Source: Octopus vulgaris
Taxonomy: Eukaryota
Direction: 5' to 3'
DNA length: 64,000 nt
NCBI GenBank assembly: GCA_951406725.2
Contig: OX597839.1
Coordinates: 24,614,001-24,678,000 of the forward strand
The notes under the pieces were generated by a model that was not told the DNA's origin, did no database searches, and saw nothing but the letters and a program-made list of their open reading frames with translations. Positions 1-12,650 of the stretch are shown piece after piece (the first letter of the stretch is position 1; every line of letters starts with the position of its first letter). The translations under genes and the position numbers were made by a program.

Positions 1-433
1 GTGTGTGTATATATATATATATACAGACACACATACACACATATATATATATACATTGTACTGAAACATTTATTTTATTCAATTATTTTCAGTTATTTTA
101 AATTTGCTCTCAATTCCATTTGTTCAAATATTTGTCCTCCCAAATGTCTGTGTAATTTACATAATAATTCAAATATTTAAATAAATGCATTATGTGTTTG
201 TGCATGTATGTATATATACATGCATACATATATATATATATAAATATATACATCCATACATACAGATGCAGCACGGAATTTTGTCAGTGAACAAGTCGGT
301 CTCAAATCTAACAGTTTTTGTGTGTTTCTTAAATGGCTTATAAACACCTTCCCCGCTGCAATTGTTTTCGTTCCAGCACACAATCTCAGATCAGGTCACT
401 TGCTATGCAAGTACATCTCCATAATATATACAT

Positions 434-474
<41 letters not shown>

Positions 475-779
475 TATACACACACAAACACATACACACA
501 AATACATACATATATATATATACATATATATATTTGCATATTTGTATAACTTTTATCTTTTACTTGGTGCACTGCCTTGAAGAATTCTTAATTGAAGAAA
601 CCAACCCGAATGCATATTTTTTTAAGCCTGTAAACTGCCATATTAATCTGAACCACCCTGTATATATAGACACACACACACACACACATCAAAAAATGGG
701 ATGGCCAAATCTGGAATGCCTTTGATCACAATTCTGTTCATCAAAAGCTGTTCTAGGACCATTTTTCTTGGTGCCAATA

Positions 780-1060
780 AAACAATTTTCTTCGATTTTT
801 CATGGCTCAAAAGTCACTTTCCATTTTCAGTGGTGACAGTACCAACAGTTTTACCCTCTTTCAATTTTCTTAGAGAAAGAATTTATAGAAAGAAATTCCA
901 AATACTGCAGGAACTGAAAAATAATATTTATCCAGAAATTAGTACATTGGAACCAGATATATTACAAGATGTTATGGAACACTGCCTAGAAAGGGTTTGG
1001 CTCTGTGAAAGCAAAAAAAGGAAGGCATTTCTAAAATGTTACATATTCAATAATTGGTTC
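780..1060 (+). mobile_element. Degenerate Tc1/mariner transposase C-terminal remnant
   Basis: ORF 701-1078 contains FLRERIYRKKFQILQELKNNIYPEISTLEPDILQDVMEHCLERVWLC, matching the Tc1/mariner C-terminal pattern LKxxVYxxxPxTLxELKxxIxxEI...VMxxxxxRxxxC. Confidence 0.55.
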
Positions 1061-1444
1061 AATGAAAGTCCAAAATAAATATAGAGAAATTCTTTACCAC
1101 TTTTGCAAAAAATTAAAGAGTTATTCAAGTTTCAAAACCATTCTTTAGCACAACCAGTTTTACAAACACACACACGCACAAGCACTCACACACGGCTTAG
1201 TGTGTGTGTGTACGTACAAAGATTGTGATTTCGATTCCTGGTACCACATCGTGTCATTGAGCAAATCCACACCTGTTGTTACGCATATATGTAAGTACAT
1301 CACCATACATGTATATATGTGTGTATGTATGTATATATGTGTGTATGTATGACACTTTATTGCCCCAGTCCACACAGCTGGCAAAAAAGATATGTACCAG
1401 TAATTCCAGAGGGGCCACTCTGGACACATTCAGTGTCACGCTGA

Positions 1445-1659
1445 ACCGCTTGCCCTACTGGCAGCAACCGCTATACCTTGCTTATACATCTCTAACAGGC
1501 CATGGATCTCCTCCTAATTTTCTCAGAGGTCACCAGGCAACAGAGTAAAGGACTCTGTCAAAAGCTTTCTCCAGGTCAATAAAAGCCAGGTACAATGGTT
1601 TACTTTTAACCAGATACATCTGCTGCAGCTGTCTCGCTGGGAAGATGGCATCTGTGGTA

Positions 1660-1662
<3 letters not shown>
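1445..1662 (-). mobile_element. Non-LTR reverse transcriptase fragment (RTE-like), decayed
   Basis: Manual minus-strand translation STTDAIFPARQLQQMYLVKSKPLYLAFIDLEKAFDRV (RT motifs), followed by stops. Confidence 0.75.
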
Positions 1663-1727
<65 letters not shown>

Positions 1728-1729
<2 letters not shown>

Positions 1730-2125
1730 TTTACTCTTTTACTTGTTTCAGTCATTTGACTGTGGCCATGCTGGAGCACTGCCTTTAATCAAGCAAATCG
1801 ACCCCAGGACTTATTCTTTTGTAAGCCCAGTACTTATTCTATCAGTCTCTTTTGCCGAACTGCTAAGTTACGGGGATGTAAACACACCAGCATCGGTTGT
1901 CAAGCGATGTTGGGGGGACAAGCACAGACACTCAAACACACACACACACATATACATATGTACGACGGGCTTCTTTCAGTTTCCGTCTACAAAATCCACT
2001 CACAAGGTTTTGGTCGGCCCGAGGCTATAGTAGAAGACATTTGCCCAAGGTGCCACGCAGTGGGACTGAACCTGGAACCATGTGGTTCGTAAGCAAGCTA
2101 TTTACCACCCCGTCACTCCTACGCC
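1728..2125 (-). mobile_element. tRNA-headed SINE family A with internal (TA/TG) microsatellite
   Basis: Near-identical to many copies in the window; family head has A-box TGGCTGTGTGG and B-box GGTTCAGTCCC; tail (GTAAAAGA)n. Confidence 0.85.
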
Positions 2126-2150
2126 TATATATATATATTTTTTTTTCAAC

Positions 2151-2355
2151 ATGTGACCGTGTGTGTATCATTGGCGATTTTCTTTCTCCGTCTTCCCTTC
2201 CTTGGACTTTTTTTTCTATATTTCTGACGAAGAGCTCCGCTCGAAATGTGAAATCCTCCTTCTTTCTTTCCTTTCTTGAGCATCCAATAACACTATACTT
2301 ATTCCATGTCCTCGCGTTGTTGTGTTTTCTCTTTGTTCATGTTTGGATTAACTGT
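2151..2355 (+). mobile_element. Penelope-like pseudo-LTR fragment with decayed hammerhead motif
   Basis: Paralog of 4285-4494, between (TA)n tracts; ATTT-CTGACGA-AGAGC-TCC-GCTC-GAAATGTG-AAAT. Confidence 0.55.
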
Positions 2356-2377
2356 ATATATATATATATATATATGG

Positions 2378-2756
2378 ATGGAAGCACTCCGTCGGTTACG
2401 ACGATGAGGGTTCCGGTTGATCCGAATCAACGGAACAGCCTGCTCGTGAAATTAACGTGTAAGTGGCTGAGCACTCCACAGACATGTGCACCCTTAACGT
2501 AGTTCTCAGGGATATTCAGCGTGACACAGAGAGTGACAAGGCCAGCCCTTTGAAATACAGGTACAACAGAAACAGGAAGTAAGAGAAAGTTGTGGTGAAA
2601 GAATACAGCAGGGATCACCACCATCCCCTGCCGGAGCCTCGTGGAACTTTTAGGTGTTTTCGCTCAATAAACACTCACAACGCCTGGGCTGGGAATCGAA
2701 ACCTCGATCCTATGACCGCGAGTCCGCTGCCCTAACCACTGGGCCATTGCGCCTCC
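2378..2756 (-). mobile_element. tRNA-headed SINE family B
   Basis: Head GGAGGCGCAATGGCCCAGTGGTTAGGGC...TTCGATTCCC; near-identical to 30965-31347, 48675-49056, 60887-61267. Confidence 0.85.
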
Positions 2757-3506
2757 ACATATATATATATACACATACACACACACATTATATGTATAAA
2801 TATATGTATATTTATTTATATATGTGTGTATGTGTGTATATACATTTATATGTTACTGAGGGTGCCAAAGCACCTATATTGCTAGAAATAAGAGCTAAAA
2901 GAGCACAATATATATACACAGACAGAGAAGGTAAGAGCCTCATGACAGCCTCCAGAATTCCCTGACAAGGCTTAGTTTTGCCTGTCTGGTAGGCATCATC
3001 AGTAGTGACTACTCAAACAGTTGATGGTTTGGCTAATTTTGTCTGCCAGTATATATACTTTTACCATAAAAATTTATGGCTGATTTAGCGAAATGCTAAT
3101 GTGCATATTAAAAATTAATATAAACAGCTAAGCACAATATAATACCATAAAGGGAAAATTTAATCCTCACTAAATGTGACTGAGGATGCTAAGACAGTCA
3201 GGGGGGGTTCCTTCCCATGTCAGTGCATATATATTGCACTTTTCATACAGCATTAAGAGTTCTTAATCCTTATCTCCTATCTCTAGATGCTTTGGCACTC
3301 GCAGCCACATTTAGTGACACTTAAAATTTTCCTTTACGTATTGTATTGTGCAAAGCTGTTTACATTAATTTTCATATACATTTCTCCAACTGGTAACTTA
3401 TTCAAATTTCCAATGGCCAATGATAAGCGTCATCTTATGCTTTGGAACTTTAAGTACCACAGAATTTGAATCAGACGGTTGAGTGCCCTTCTTTCGTTTG
3501 TCACAC

Positions 3507-3558
<52 letters not shown>

Positions 3559-3617
3559 CTATATACATATATATATATATATATATACATATATATATAC
3601 ATATACATATATATATA

Positions 3618-4226
3618 CTTCTTTTCTTTCTTTATCCCCATCTGTCTTGATAGACAATGGGTTGCGCCAAGGGTGGGGCCTACTTTGATGATGTGCAGCG
3701 TCTGCTGTGACTGAACAGTCCAATTCTAGAGTGGCAGTCCTTGGTACAGTTGCTGCACACGAACATCGATGGGTACATGTGGGGTGTTGCTGCAGTTGTC
3801 CTCCTCCTGTCCCGCCTGTCCAACCACAGCTGTGCTCTCCTCTCCTCAGCCATGGAAATGCCTTTCCTCACCGTCCGACGCCAGGCAGAGCGGTCAGCAG
3901 CTGTTTCCTCCCACATGTCCACACAGATGTTGGCAGTCCTCAGGTCGCGCTTGCACAGGTCCCTGTATCGTAGCTGTGGACGTCCCTTGGGTCGGGATCC
4001 CGTGGTGAGTTCGCTGTACAGGATGTCTTTAGGCATGCGACCGTCCTGCATGCGGCAGATGTGTCCGAGCCAGCGCAGTCGTCCCCGCACGGGGAGGGCA
4101 TACATGCTTGGCATATTAGTCTGTTCCAGGATGACTCCGTTTGGTACTCGGTCCTTCCAGGAGATGCCAAGGATCCGTCGAAGACACCGCAGGTGTAAGC
4201 CGCTGAGGCGGCATTCCTGCCGGGTG
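3618..4226 (-). mobile_element. RTE-clade LINE 3' fragment (ORF C-terminus with zinc knuckle plus 3' UTR)
   Basis: HLRCLRRILGISWKDRVPN...RLRWLGHICRMQDGRMPKDILYSEL...GRPQLRYRD...CSNCTKDCHSRIGLFSHSRRC; GC-rich insert between (TA)n tracts. Confidence 0.9.
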
Positions 4227-4235
4227 TATATATAC

Positions 4236-4284
<49 letters not shown>

Positions 4285-4288
<4 letters not shown>

Positions 4289-4494
4289 ACCATGTGTGTA
4301 CCATTGTCAATTTTTTTCCTCCATCTTCCCTTCTCTGGATCTTTCATATTCCTATGTTTCTGACGAAGAGCTCTGCTCGAAACGTTAAACCCTCCTTCTT
4401 CCCTTCCCTCATGAGCGTCCAATCATACTATATTTGTTCCATGTCCTCGCATTGTTGCGTTTTCTCTTTGTGTTTTTATGTTTGGATTAATTTT
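4285..4494 (+). mobile_element. Penelope-like pseudo-LTR fragment in (TA)n
   Basis: About 200-bp non-coding unit flanked by (TA)n, paralog at 2151-2355, contains a hammerhead core. Confidence 0.6.
4356..4390 (+). ncRNA. Minimal type-I hammerhead ribozyme motif
   Basis: GTTT-CTGACGA-A-GAGC-TCT-GCTC-GAAAC-GTT-AAAC: stem I GTTT/AAAC (ATTT/AAAT in the paralog), stem II GAGC/GCTC, palindromic ACGT stem III. Confidence 0.7.
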
Positions 4495-4790
4495 ATATAT
4501 ATATATATATATATACACACATCATCATCATCATCGTTTAACGTCTGCTTTCCATGCTGGCATGAGTTGGACAGTTTGACTGGGGACTGGTGAGCCAGAT
4601 GGCTGCACCAGGCTCCTATCTATACATTTATATATATAAAGAACTTTTATAAGTTTATTGCACTTTAATAAGGAAAAAATCCACAACCTTCCATCTCAAT
4701 AAACCACTATTGTCCTTGAAAATTGGTTTTTTTCTATATTCATTACAGATTTTTTTGAAGCTAACTTTCTTCCTACACTTCAATTCTCAG

Positions 4791-4844
<54 letters not shown>

Positions 4845-4850
4845 ATATAT

Positions 4851-5033
4851 AAAGGGAGAGTTTACGAAAATAAACAAAAGACAAAGACAGGTGGTGTACA
4901 AAACAAACAAATGTATTAGTATAGCACTCAGGAATAGAAAAAGTCTTTTACATTTCGAGCATACGCTCTTCTACAGAAAGATACACAGAAAAAAACAAGG
5001 AGAGACAAAAATGTGTGTAGTACCTAACGATCT
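4851..5033 (-). mobile_element. Penelope-like pseudo-LTR fragment with variant hammerhead-like core
   Basis: Paralog at 34986-35170; minus strand TCTTT-CTGTAGA-AGAGC-GTAT-GCTC-GAAATGTA-AAAGA (non-canonical core); microsatellite flanks. Confidence 0.5.
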
Positions 5034-5040
5034 ACATATC

Positions 5041-5074
<34 letters not shown>

Positions 5075-5716
5075 TACACACACATGCATGTGCACACACA
5101 CACACACACACACACAAACGCACACATACACACACTCACTAAAATGCTGTAATGTTCATACAACTGCCTTGTCACAGTGACAGGGACAAATGTACAATTT
5201 ATGAGTAAGGTGACAAATGGGGAGAGCATGGAGAGAAGAAGGAGAGCAAAAAAAAAAAAAAAGAAAACTGTACTTCCTCCATTATAGTATCACCAACAAT
5301 AATGTAATATTTCTTTTTCTTCCTGACAACAACAACAAAAAAAACAAAACAAAACAAAACCCTTTTTCCTTCCATTCTGCATTTTGTATTTGTTTTCTTT
5401 TGTTTTTTTGCTCTGTTTTTATTTCACATCTTTCACAACCTCTACCCAACACTGTCATCCCCTCCGACCATCAGTGGATTGTCTCCCCTTGATATCCCCC
5501 CCCCGCCGTTGACACCGCCACCGCTCCCACTGTCACCACCTCCATCCTCTATGTGACTCCTCGTGCCCGCTAATGCAGTGTGATCCCTCCTAGATTTGCC
5601 CTTTTATTTTTACAGCCATCCCTAATGTGGCCCTCCCCTATCATCCCAATCACGACAATAACCATAACAACAACAACAATAATAATAAATGTATGTATGC
5701 ATACAAACACACACAC

Positions 5717-5776
<60 letters not shown>

Positions 5777-6051
5777 CACATATATATATACACACACACA
5801 AAGGAATTGTCGTATAAATCAAGGTGTCTTCTTTGCTAAATATAATTAATGCTGTCTTCCCCAGCATGCACATTCCTTGTGCATGCATGCACACGTGCAC
5901 ACATATATACATACATATACAAACATACACTCCTTTCTTTCAAACACGCTCACACAGACACTTATATACACACATTCCTTGCATAAACATGCACACATAT
6001 ATATCCAACATACACTACACACACACACACACACACATAAACACACACATT

Positions 6052-6106
<55 letters not shown>

Positions 6107-6179
6107 TCATAATCAACATCATCATTGTTTAACGTCCGTTTTCCATGCTAGCATGGGTTGGACGGGTATATATATATCG

Positions 6180-6365
6180 CGGGCATGGCTGTGTGGTTAG
6201 GGAGCTTGCTTCCTAGCTATATGGTTTCGGGTTCAGTCCCACTGCGTGGCACTTTGGGTAGGTGTCTTTCACTATAGCCCCGAGCTGACCGGAGCTTTGT
6301 GATTGAATTCGGTAGGTGGAAGTTACTGCCGTGTGTGTATATGTGCGTGTAGGTGCTTGTGCCTC
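6180..6365 (+). mobile_element. Diverged SINE family A 5' half
   Basis: TGGCTGTGTGG...GGTTCAGTCCCACTGCGTGGCAC. Confidence 0.7.
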
Positions 6366-6624
6366 TCCGAAAGAGAGAGAGGGATATCCTTTTCTATTTT
6401 GCTACTCTAGGCACAAGGCTCAAAACTTTGGGGAGGAAGCCAGTCAATTAGATCGACCCCAGAACGCAACTGGTACTTAATTTATCGACCCCAACAGGAT
6501 GAAAGGCAAAGTCGACCTCGGCAGAATTTGAACTCATATATATGTGTGTGTGTGTGTGTGTATACATATATATACATATATGCGTGCATACATACATACA
6601 TATATACATACATACATACATATA

Positions 6625-6658
<34 letters not shown>

Positions 6659-6684
6659 CATACATACATACGTATATACATACA

Positions 6685-6720
<36 letters not shown>

Positions 6721-6811
6721 TAATTAAAAAGTAATGTGAAAATACATTACAGAAGATATATTATAAACAATTAATAATTAATTATGAATATATCAATGAC
6801 ATAAATAATTA

Positions 6812-6905
6812 TTAATCTGAAAGAAGCGGCCCAGGATAGAACTGACTGGAGGACACTGATCCAATGAGTAACGGAGAGTTGACTTCGACTGAGCGGATAG
6901 ATAGA
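6812..6905 (+). mobile_element. BovB-like RTE 3' terminal fragment
   Basis: Matches 20880-20968 (NLKEAAQDRTDWRTLIQ), ending in (GATA)n. Confidence 0.7.
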
Positions 6906-7069
6906 TATCAAGTGGCCAAACATGTTATCATAAAATACATAGAAATAGAATGTTTATAATTATGAACAAGTCACAATTGTAACTAAGACGGTTTCGAAAA
7001 CCCTTATATGTTTAGAAATAGCAGCGAAAACCACTATAAAGCCATACACAAATCTATAAATATATATAT

Positions 7070-7336
7070 ATGTGAATCTGAGAGGAGGGGAATCTGTTGA
7101 ATACAATCATAATTAACTGATCCTCATCCTGTATTTTCTTTTACACAAAGCCCAGAGACTTTTGAGTAACCCCCTATATCTATCTATCTGTCTGTCTATC
7201 GATCCATCTATGTACCTATCTAATCTATCTATCTATCTATCTATCTTATCTGTCTATCCATCTATCTATCTGTCTGTCTGTCTATCTGTCTCTCTATCTT
7301 TCTATGTGCCTATCCATCTATCTATCTATCTATCTA

Positions 7337-7375
<39 letters not shown>

Positions 7376-7376
7376 G

Positions 7377-7414
<38 letters not shown>

Positions 7415-7875
7415 AATGTATCCATCCATCCATCTGTCTGGCTGTCTGTCTATCTATCTATCTGTCTGTCTGTCTGTCTATCTGTCGTCTGTCTGTCTAC
7501 CTATCTATCTATCTATCTATCTATCTACCAATCTACCTATCTACCTACCTACCTACCTATCTATCTATCTACCTACCTACCTACCTACCTACCTACCTAT
7601 CTATCTATCTATCTGTGTGTCTGTCTGTTTTTGTTTACCCAAAGCTGGGAACTTTTGAGCACCCCTTCGTGTGTGTGCATAAACACGAGAAGATGCTAAA
7701 AAGTCCCTGGCTTTAAGGGTATTGTGAAAGGTCCAGTTAGAGGCCCAACCTTCTGAGTTCTTTTTACAGGGCTTAGAAAAACTGAAGGGCCCCTGCAATA
7801 AGTGTGAGAATCTGAGAGGAGGGGAATATTTTGAATAAAATCATAATTAACTGATCCTCATCCTGTATTTTTACA
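7070..7875 (+). mobile_element. Two fragments of a non-autonomous mariner element around a (CTAT)n/(CTGT)n tract
   Basis: About 65-bp direct repeat at 7072-7137 and 7806-7871; EFFLQGLEKLKGPCNKCENLRGGEYFE* resembles the mariner C-terminus. Confidence 0.5.
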
Positions 7876-8169
7876 AAAATATCAACCTCAGATGAAACTT
7901 ATCCTTCAGCAGCGGTGAGAATGCTACATGTTCTTTTCTGCTTCATTGGGTTTATCTGTAGCATGTAGCTTCTGTCAGCCACATGTTATGCATGTCAGCC
8001 ACATGCACCGGATGCTGCAATACGCAGCTGCCTACTTTAATCTCACACACACACGAGTATGTATCGTTTCTTGACGAGATGAACTTGTACCTGGGGTTCA
8101 CGACGGAAGGGGACTGGTTTGTATTTGAATAGGGTGGACAAAGTGATTGAGAAAGGATCAACCTGGTCT

Positions 8170-8712
8170 ACACTACTACCACCACCACCACCACCACCAC
8201 CACTACTAATACTACTGCCACCACCACCACCACTGCTGCCACCACCACTACTACTACCACCACCACCACTGCTGCCACCACCACTACTACTACCACCACC
8301 ACTACTGCTGCCACCACCACCACCACTGCTGCCACCACCACTACTACTACCAACACCACAAGTACTGCTGCTGCTGTTGCTACTGCTAATACTACTACTG
8401 TTACTACTGCTGCTACTACTACTACTACCACCACAACCACCACAATCACCACTACCACTAGCCCCACCAACACCACTACTACTACTCTAACACCACTACC
8501 GCCACCACCACTGCTGCTGCTACAACTATTACTGCCACCACTACCACTACTACTACTAACACCACCACCTGTACTGCTGCTGCTACTACTACTACAACTA
8601 CTACGGCTGCTATTACTACCACCACCACCACCACCACTACCACCACCACCACCACCATCACCACCACTACAACCACTACCACAATCACCACCACCACCAC
8701 CACCACCACCAC
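8170..8712. repeat. (ACC/ACT/GCT)n compound trinucleotide microsatellite
   Basis: Direct reading. Confidence 0.95.
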
Positions 8713-10090
8713 AATTGGTGACACTATGAGGTTCCAGACCTCCATAGTGCTCTTCGAGTGGCTAAAGTGAATTGAAGAATTGTCAGTTCTATCAACTGCC
8801 AGTAGTAATCCATTTATTGGATTGGTTGACCCAGACTGACCGTTGGCCGGAGAGCCCCTTCGGCCCGTAATGTGTTGTGTAGTTTCACCGAAGATTAAAT
8901 ATGCCAAACTCCACAGTCGTCTCCCAGATTCCGCCTACCGAATCCATTCACAATGCCTCGGATATACTGAGGCTATAGCAAGAAGGTGCTTAATCCAAGG
9001 AGCTGCACAGTGGGACTGAACCCAGAACCATGCGGCTGGTAAGTTAACTTCTTACAACACTACCACACAGGGGTGCCTGGGGTGGCACAGCTTGCTGTAC
9101 CCAAAGCATAATATTTATATATAAGTGTGTGTGTATGTATATATATGTATGTATATGTATCTACACATACACACACACACACATATATATATACACAAAC
9201 ACACGTATCTACATATGTATGTAATATATATACATCCATACACATGCACACACACACATATATGTATATATATATGTGTGTGTGTGTGTACACATACATA
9301 TTGACACACATTCCATCATTATTCTAACTACATTCTTCCCCCCACTTCTCAATTACTGAGCCACGCATATACACAAACACTTACACACATATATACACAT
9401 ACACACACACACACACATACACACGTAAACACAAACACACACACATATATATACACATATACACACACGCAAACACAAACACACACGCAAACACAAACAC
9501 AAACACAAACACACACATGCAAACACAAACACACACACACACGTAAACACAAACACACACATACATATATACACATATACACACACGCAAACACACACAA
9601 ACACATACACACACACACACGCAAACACACACACACACACGCACAAACACACACGCACACATACACACACACAACACACACACACGCAAACATATACACA
9701 CACAAACACAAATATATACACATACACACACACACACATGCAAACACACACACAAACACACACACGCAAACACAAACACACACACACACATACACATACA
9801 CACGTACATATACAGCCTACCTCAAAGCCACACTAATTCGTTTTGCAAATTAGCATTCCAGTCTTCACAGCACCAGATTAACAACAGCAGTGCCACCAGA
9901 AACCAATTTCCATTCTTCACTCTCTGTTAATACCACAGAACCATTCTCTCCTTCCTCCACCTCACAACACACAGACAGAACCAAGCAGACGAAACCAAAC
10001 CCAACCACTGCAGACAAAAGAAGCAAAGATACAAGAAATAATGATGATGATGACGACCACGACGATGATGATGAGGAAGAGGAGGGGGAG

Positions 10091-10270
10091 GAGTATATGG
10101 AACAAATAGGGGCTGCAATAAGGGTGGAGCAGTTGCAGAAAACAGCACTGCTTGGAACCACTCGAATATCCTGGATGGTGCTCGAAAAATAAGGGGTGTT
10201 ACCTTAGTTCACTGGTAGTCAACAGCTGGCACCGTGGTACATCTCCAGCATTAGAAGCTGTGAAAAGACA
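10091..10270 (+). mobile_element. Dong/R4-type non-LTR retrotransposon 3' end
   Basis: EYMEQIGAAIRVEQLQKTALLGTTRISWMVLEK* matches the R4/Dong terminal QKxxLLGTxxILxxVL motif; followed by (TAA)n. Confidence 0.7.
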
Positions 10271-10305
10271 ATAAATAAATAAATAAATAAATTAATTAAT
10301 TAATT

Positions 10306-10344
<39 letters not shown>

Positions 10345-10366
10345 AAATAATAATAATAATAATGAA

Positions 10367-10401
<35 letters not shown>

Positions 10402-10403
<2 letters not shown>

Positions 10404-10940
10404 TGCCCTGATGCAGTACCAGGCAGTGGCTCTCATGGCTTCTGATCTTAACTGATTGGAAGTGTCATCATGTACATTGTTTTGTCTTGGTATAAAAGAT
10501 GGGCTACAGCAAATATTCTGCTCAATACCACAGATTTGCTTGTCAGTTGTTTGACCTTAACCAGTTGAGCATGTCCCTTAGTGGCTGACGATATGTGCAT
10601 CTCTGACCACGAGCAGAAGTAGTGGGGGAGCATCATAGCCATGTGTTGAGAGGAATTCTTTGGAAACATGGGTGGTTCGTTCAACATCCTTAAACAATCC
10701 TTATTCAGGGACGTTTTGAGTGGGATGGGTTACTCGACCAGAAGAAAATTCTAACTGGGCCCCACCTGCAAGGTCATGTGCTGTTTATCTTGATATGAGA
10801 TCACCATGTCACACACATATGGTTGTGATGCACAAGCCTGGTGTACCCTTATCAGACGGGTAGTCATGATGGGTATACTGGGCTTTGTATATTTTACCCC
10901 AGTGTCACTTTGACGGCATTCACTGCTCTTTCACTCAATA
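10402..10940. mobile_element. Non-coding element embedded in (TAA)n (possible Dong/R4 UTR or dependent SINE)
   Basis: About 540 bp of complex sequence bounded on both sides by (TAA)n. Confidence 0.4.
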
Positions 10941-10952
10941 GTAGTGATGATG

Positions 10953-11008
<56 letters not shown>

Positions 11009-11009
11009 C

Positions 11010-11232
11010 GTTTCTACTCTAGGCACAAGGCCTGAAATTTTTGGTGGGGGCAGCCAGACAATTAGATCGACCCCAGTACGCAACTGGTACCTAATTTATC
11101 GACCCTGAAAGGATGAAAGGCAAAGTTGACCTCAGTAGAATTTGAACTCAAAATGTAGCGATGGGTGAAATGTCGCTAAGCATTTTGTCCAGTACATAGC
11201 GATTCTGCCAGCTCACCAGCTTACTACTACTA

Positions 11233-11275
<43 letters not shown>

Positions 11276-11285
11276 CACCACTACC

Positions 11286-11328
<43 letters not shown>

Positions 11329-11566
11329 ACACTACTACCACCACTAATAATAATAATAATAATAATAATCCTATCTAATGTATGTACAATGCCTGAAAGT
11401 TTTGGGGGAGGGGACTAGTTGAGTATATCAACCCCAGTGTTTCACTGGTACTTGATTTATCAACTCCAAAAGGATGATAGGCAAATTTGAACTCAGAACG
11501 TAGCGACAGTCGGAATACCACTAAGCATTTCACCCGGCATGCTAACATTTCTGCCAGCTCACTGCC

Positions 11567-11567
<1 letters not shown>
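11010..11567 (-). mobile_element. Two copies of SINE family C separated by (ACT)n/(ACC)n
   Basis: Core GATCGACCCCAGT...GAAAGGATGAAAGGCAAAGT..ACCTC..AATTTGAACTCA shared with 45513-46287, 46878-47065, 49110-49313. Confidence 0.75.
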
Positions 11568-11625
<58 letters not shown>

Positions 11626-11632
11626 TAATAGC

Positions 11633-11689
<57 letters not shown>

Positions 11690-11691
<2 letters not shown>

Positions 11692-12256
11692 TGACCACAT
11701 CTCACTCCTCTGGAACTTCACCATTCAAACTGACAGAAAGATAGATGCAAATAGGCCAGACATCATATTGAAAGACTTCAGACAAAGAACATGCCTCCTC
11801 GTTGATATGACTGTCCCAATCGATATAAACGTATCTGTCAAGACCTACCAAAAACTGAGCAAATATAAAGATCTTGAAATAGAAATCAGCAAAATGTGGA
11901 ACCTGAAGACTAAAACAATACCTGTTGTCATAGGTACCCTGGGAATGATAGCAAAAGGGGCTGATTGCTACCTAACTCAGATACCAGGAAACCCCAAAAT
12001 GGCAGAAATTCAAAAGATAGTGCTCATGGGAACTGCTCATATCCTACACAAAATACTTTCTATGTAATCTCAAGTTTTAAAACAAACATAATTTTTGTAT
12101 GGTTTTTTAGGCATTCACTAGTACAACACTAAATACAAAACCAAATATATGGCACCCTAGGCATAACACCAACATGAACTTCCAACTTGTTGTCTCTTGA
12201 GGTCTCTGGGTGAGACTTCGAGCCAACTTGTACAAATGTAAAGCAAAAGTCAAACA
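11690..12256 (+). mobile_element. Dong/R4-type retrotransposon fragment with restriction-like endonuclease domain and 3' UTR
   Basis: WNFTIQTDRKIDANRPDIILKD...LVDMTVP...QKLSKYKDL...IPVVIGTLG...QKIVLMGTAHILHKIL*; starts in (TAA)n, which resumes at 12651. Confidence 0.85.
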
Positions 12257-12650
12257 TCTTTATATATAAAACTGTAGTTGTGTGAGTGTCTGTCCCCTTC
12301 GATTTAGATTCCTAACTACTCCCACATTTTGCGGTGCAGTTTAACCAAAACCGGGTATCTTATAGTCGTGATTCATATCGAGCCCTTCTGGGTATTAGCG
12401 CTTGTCTACGATGAGTCTACGATTTTAAAAATAATTTACCATCATTTTTTTCCATTTTCATGCATATTTTTTTAAAGGGATGTAACTCTCTAAAAATGTC
12501 TACGATGAGTCAACGGTTTAAAAAAAAATTTACCATCATATTTTTTCCATTTTTAATGCATTTTTTTGCTATTTTTTGGCTATAACTCTCTAAAAATGCT
12601 GTATAGTTATTTCCCTTACAAACCCGAGCAACGCCGGGCGATACTGCTAG
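12257..12650 (+). mobile_element. Non-autonomous Helitron
   Basis: 5' TC, 3' hairpin CCCG-AGCAACGC-CGGG then CTAG, inserted between A and T without TSD; second copy at 40881-41275. Confidence 0.85.

Noticed and set aside
2680-2756. tRNA gene
   Set aside because: The tRNA-like head continues into a SINE body found in several TSD-flanked copies, and there is no clean acceptor stem.
8119-8907. Pro-rich and Val-rich ORFs
   Set aside because: Trinucleotide repeat translation.
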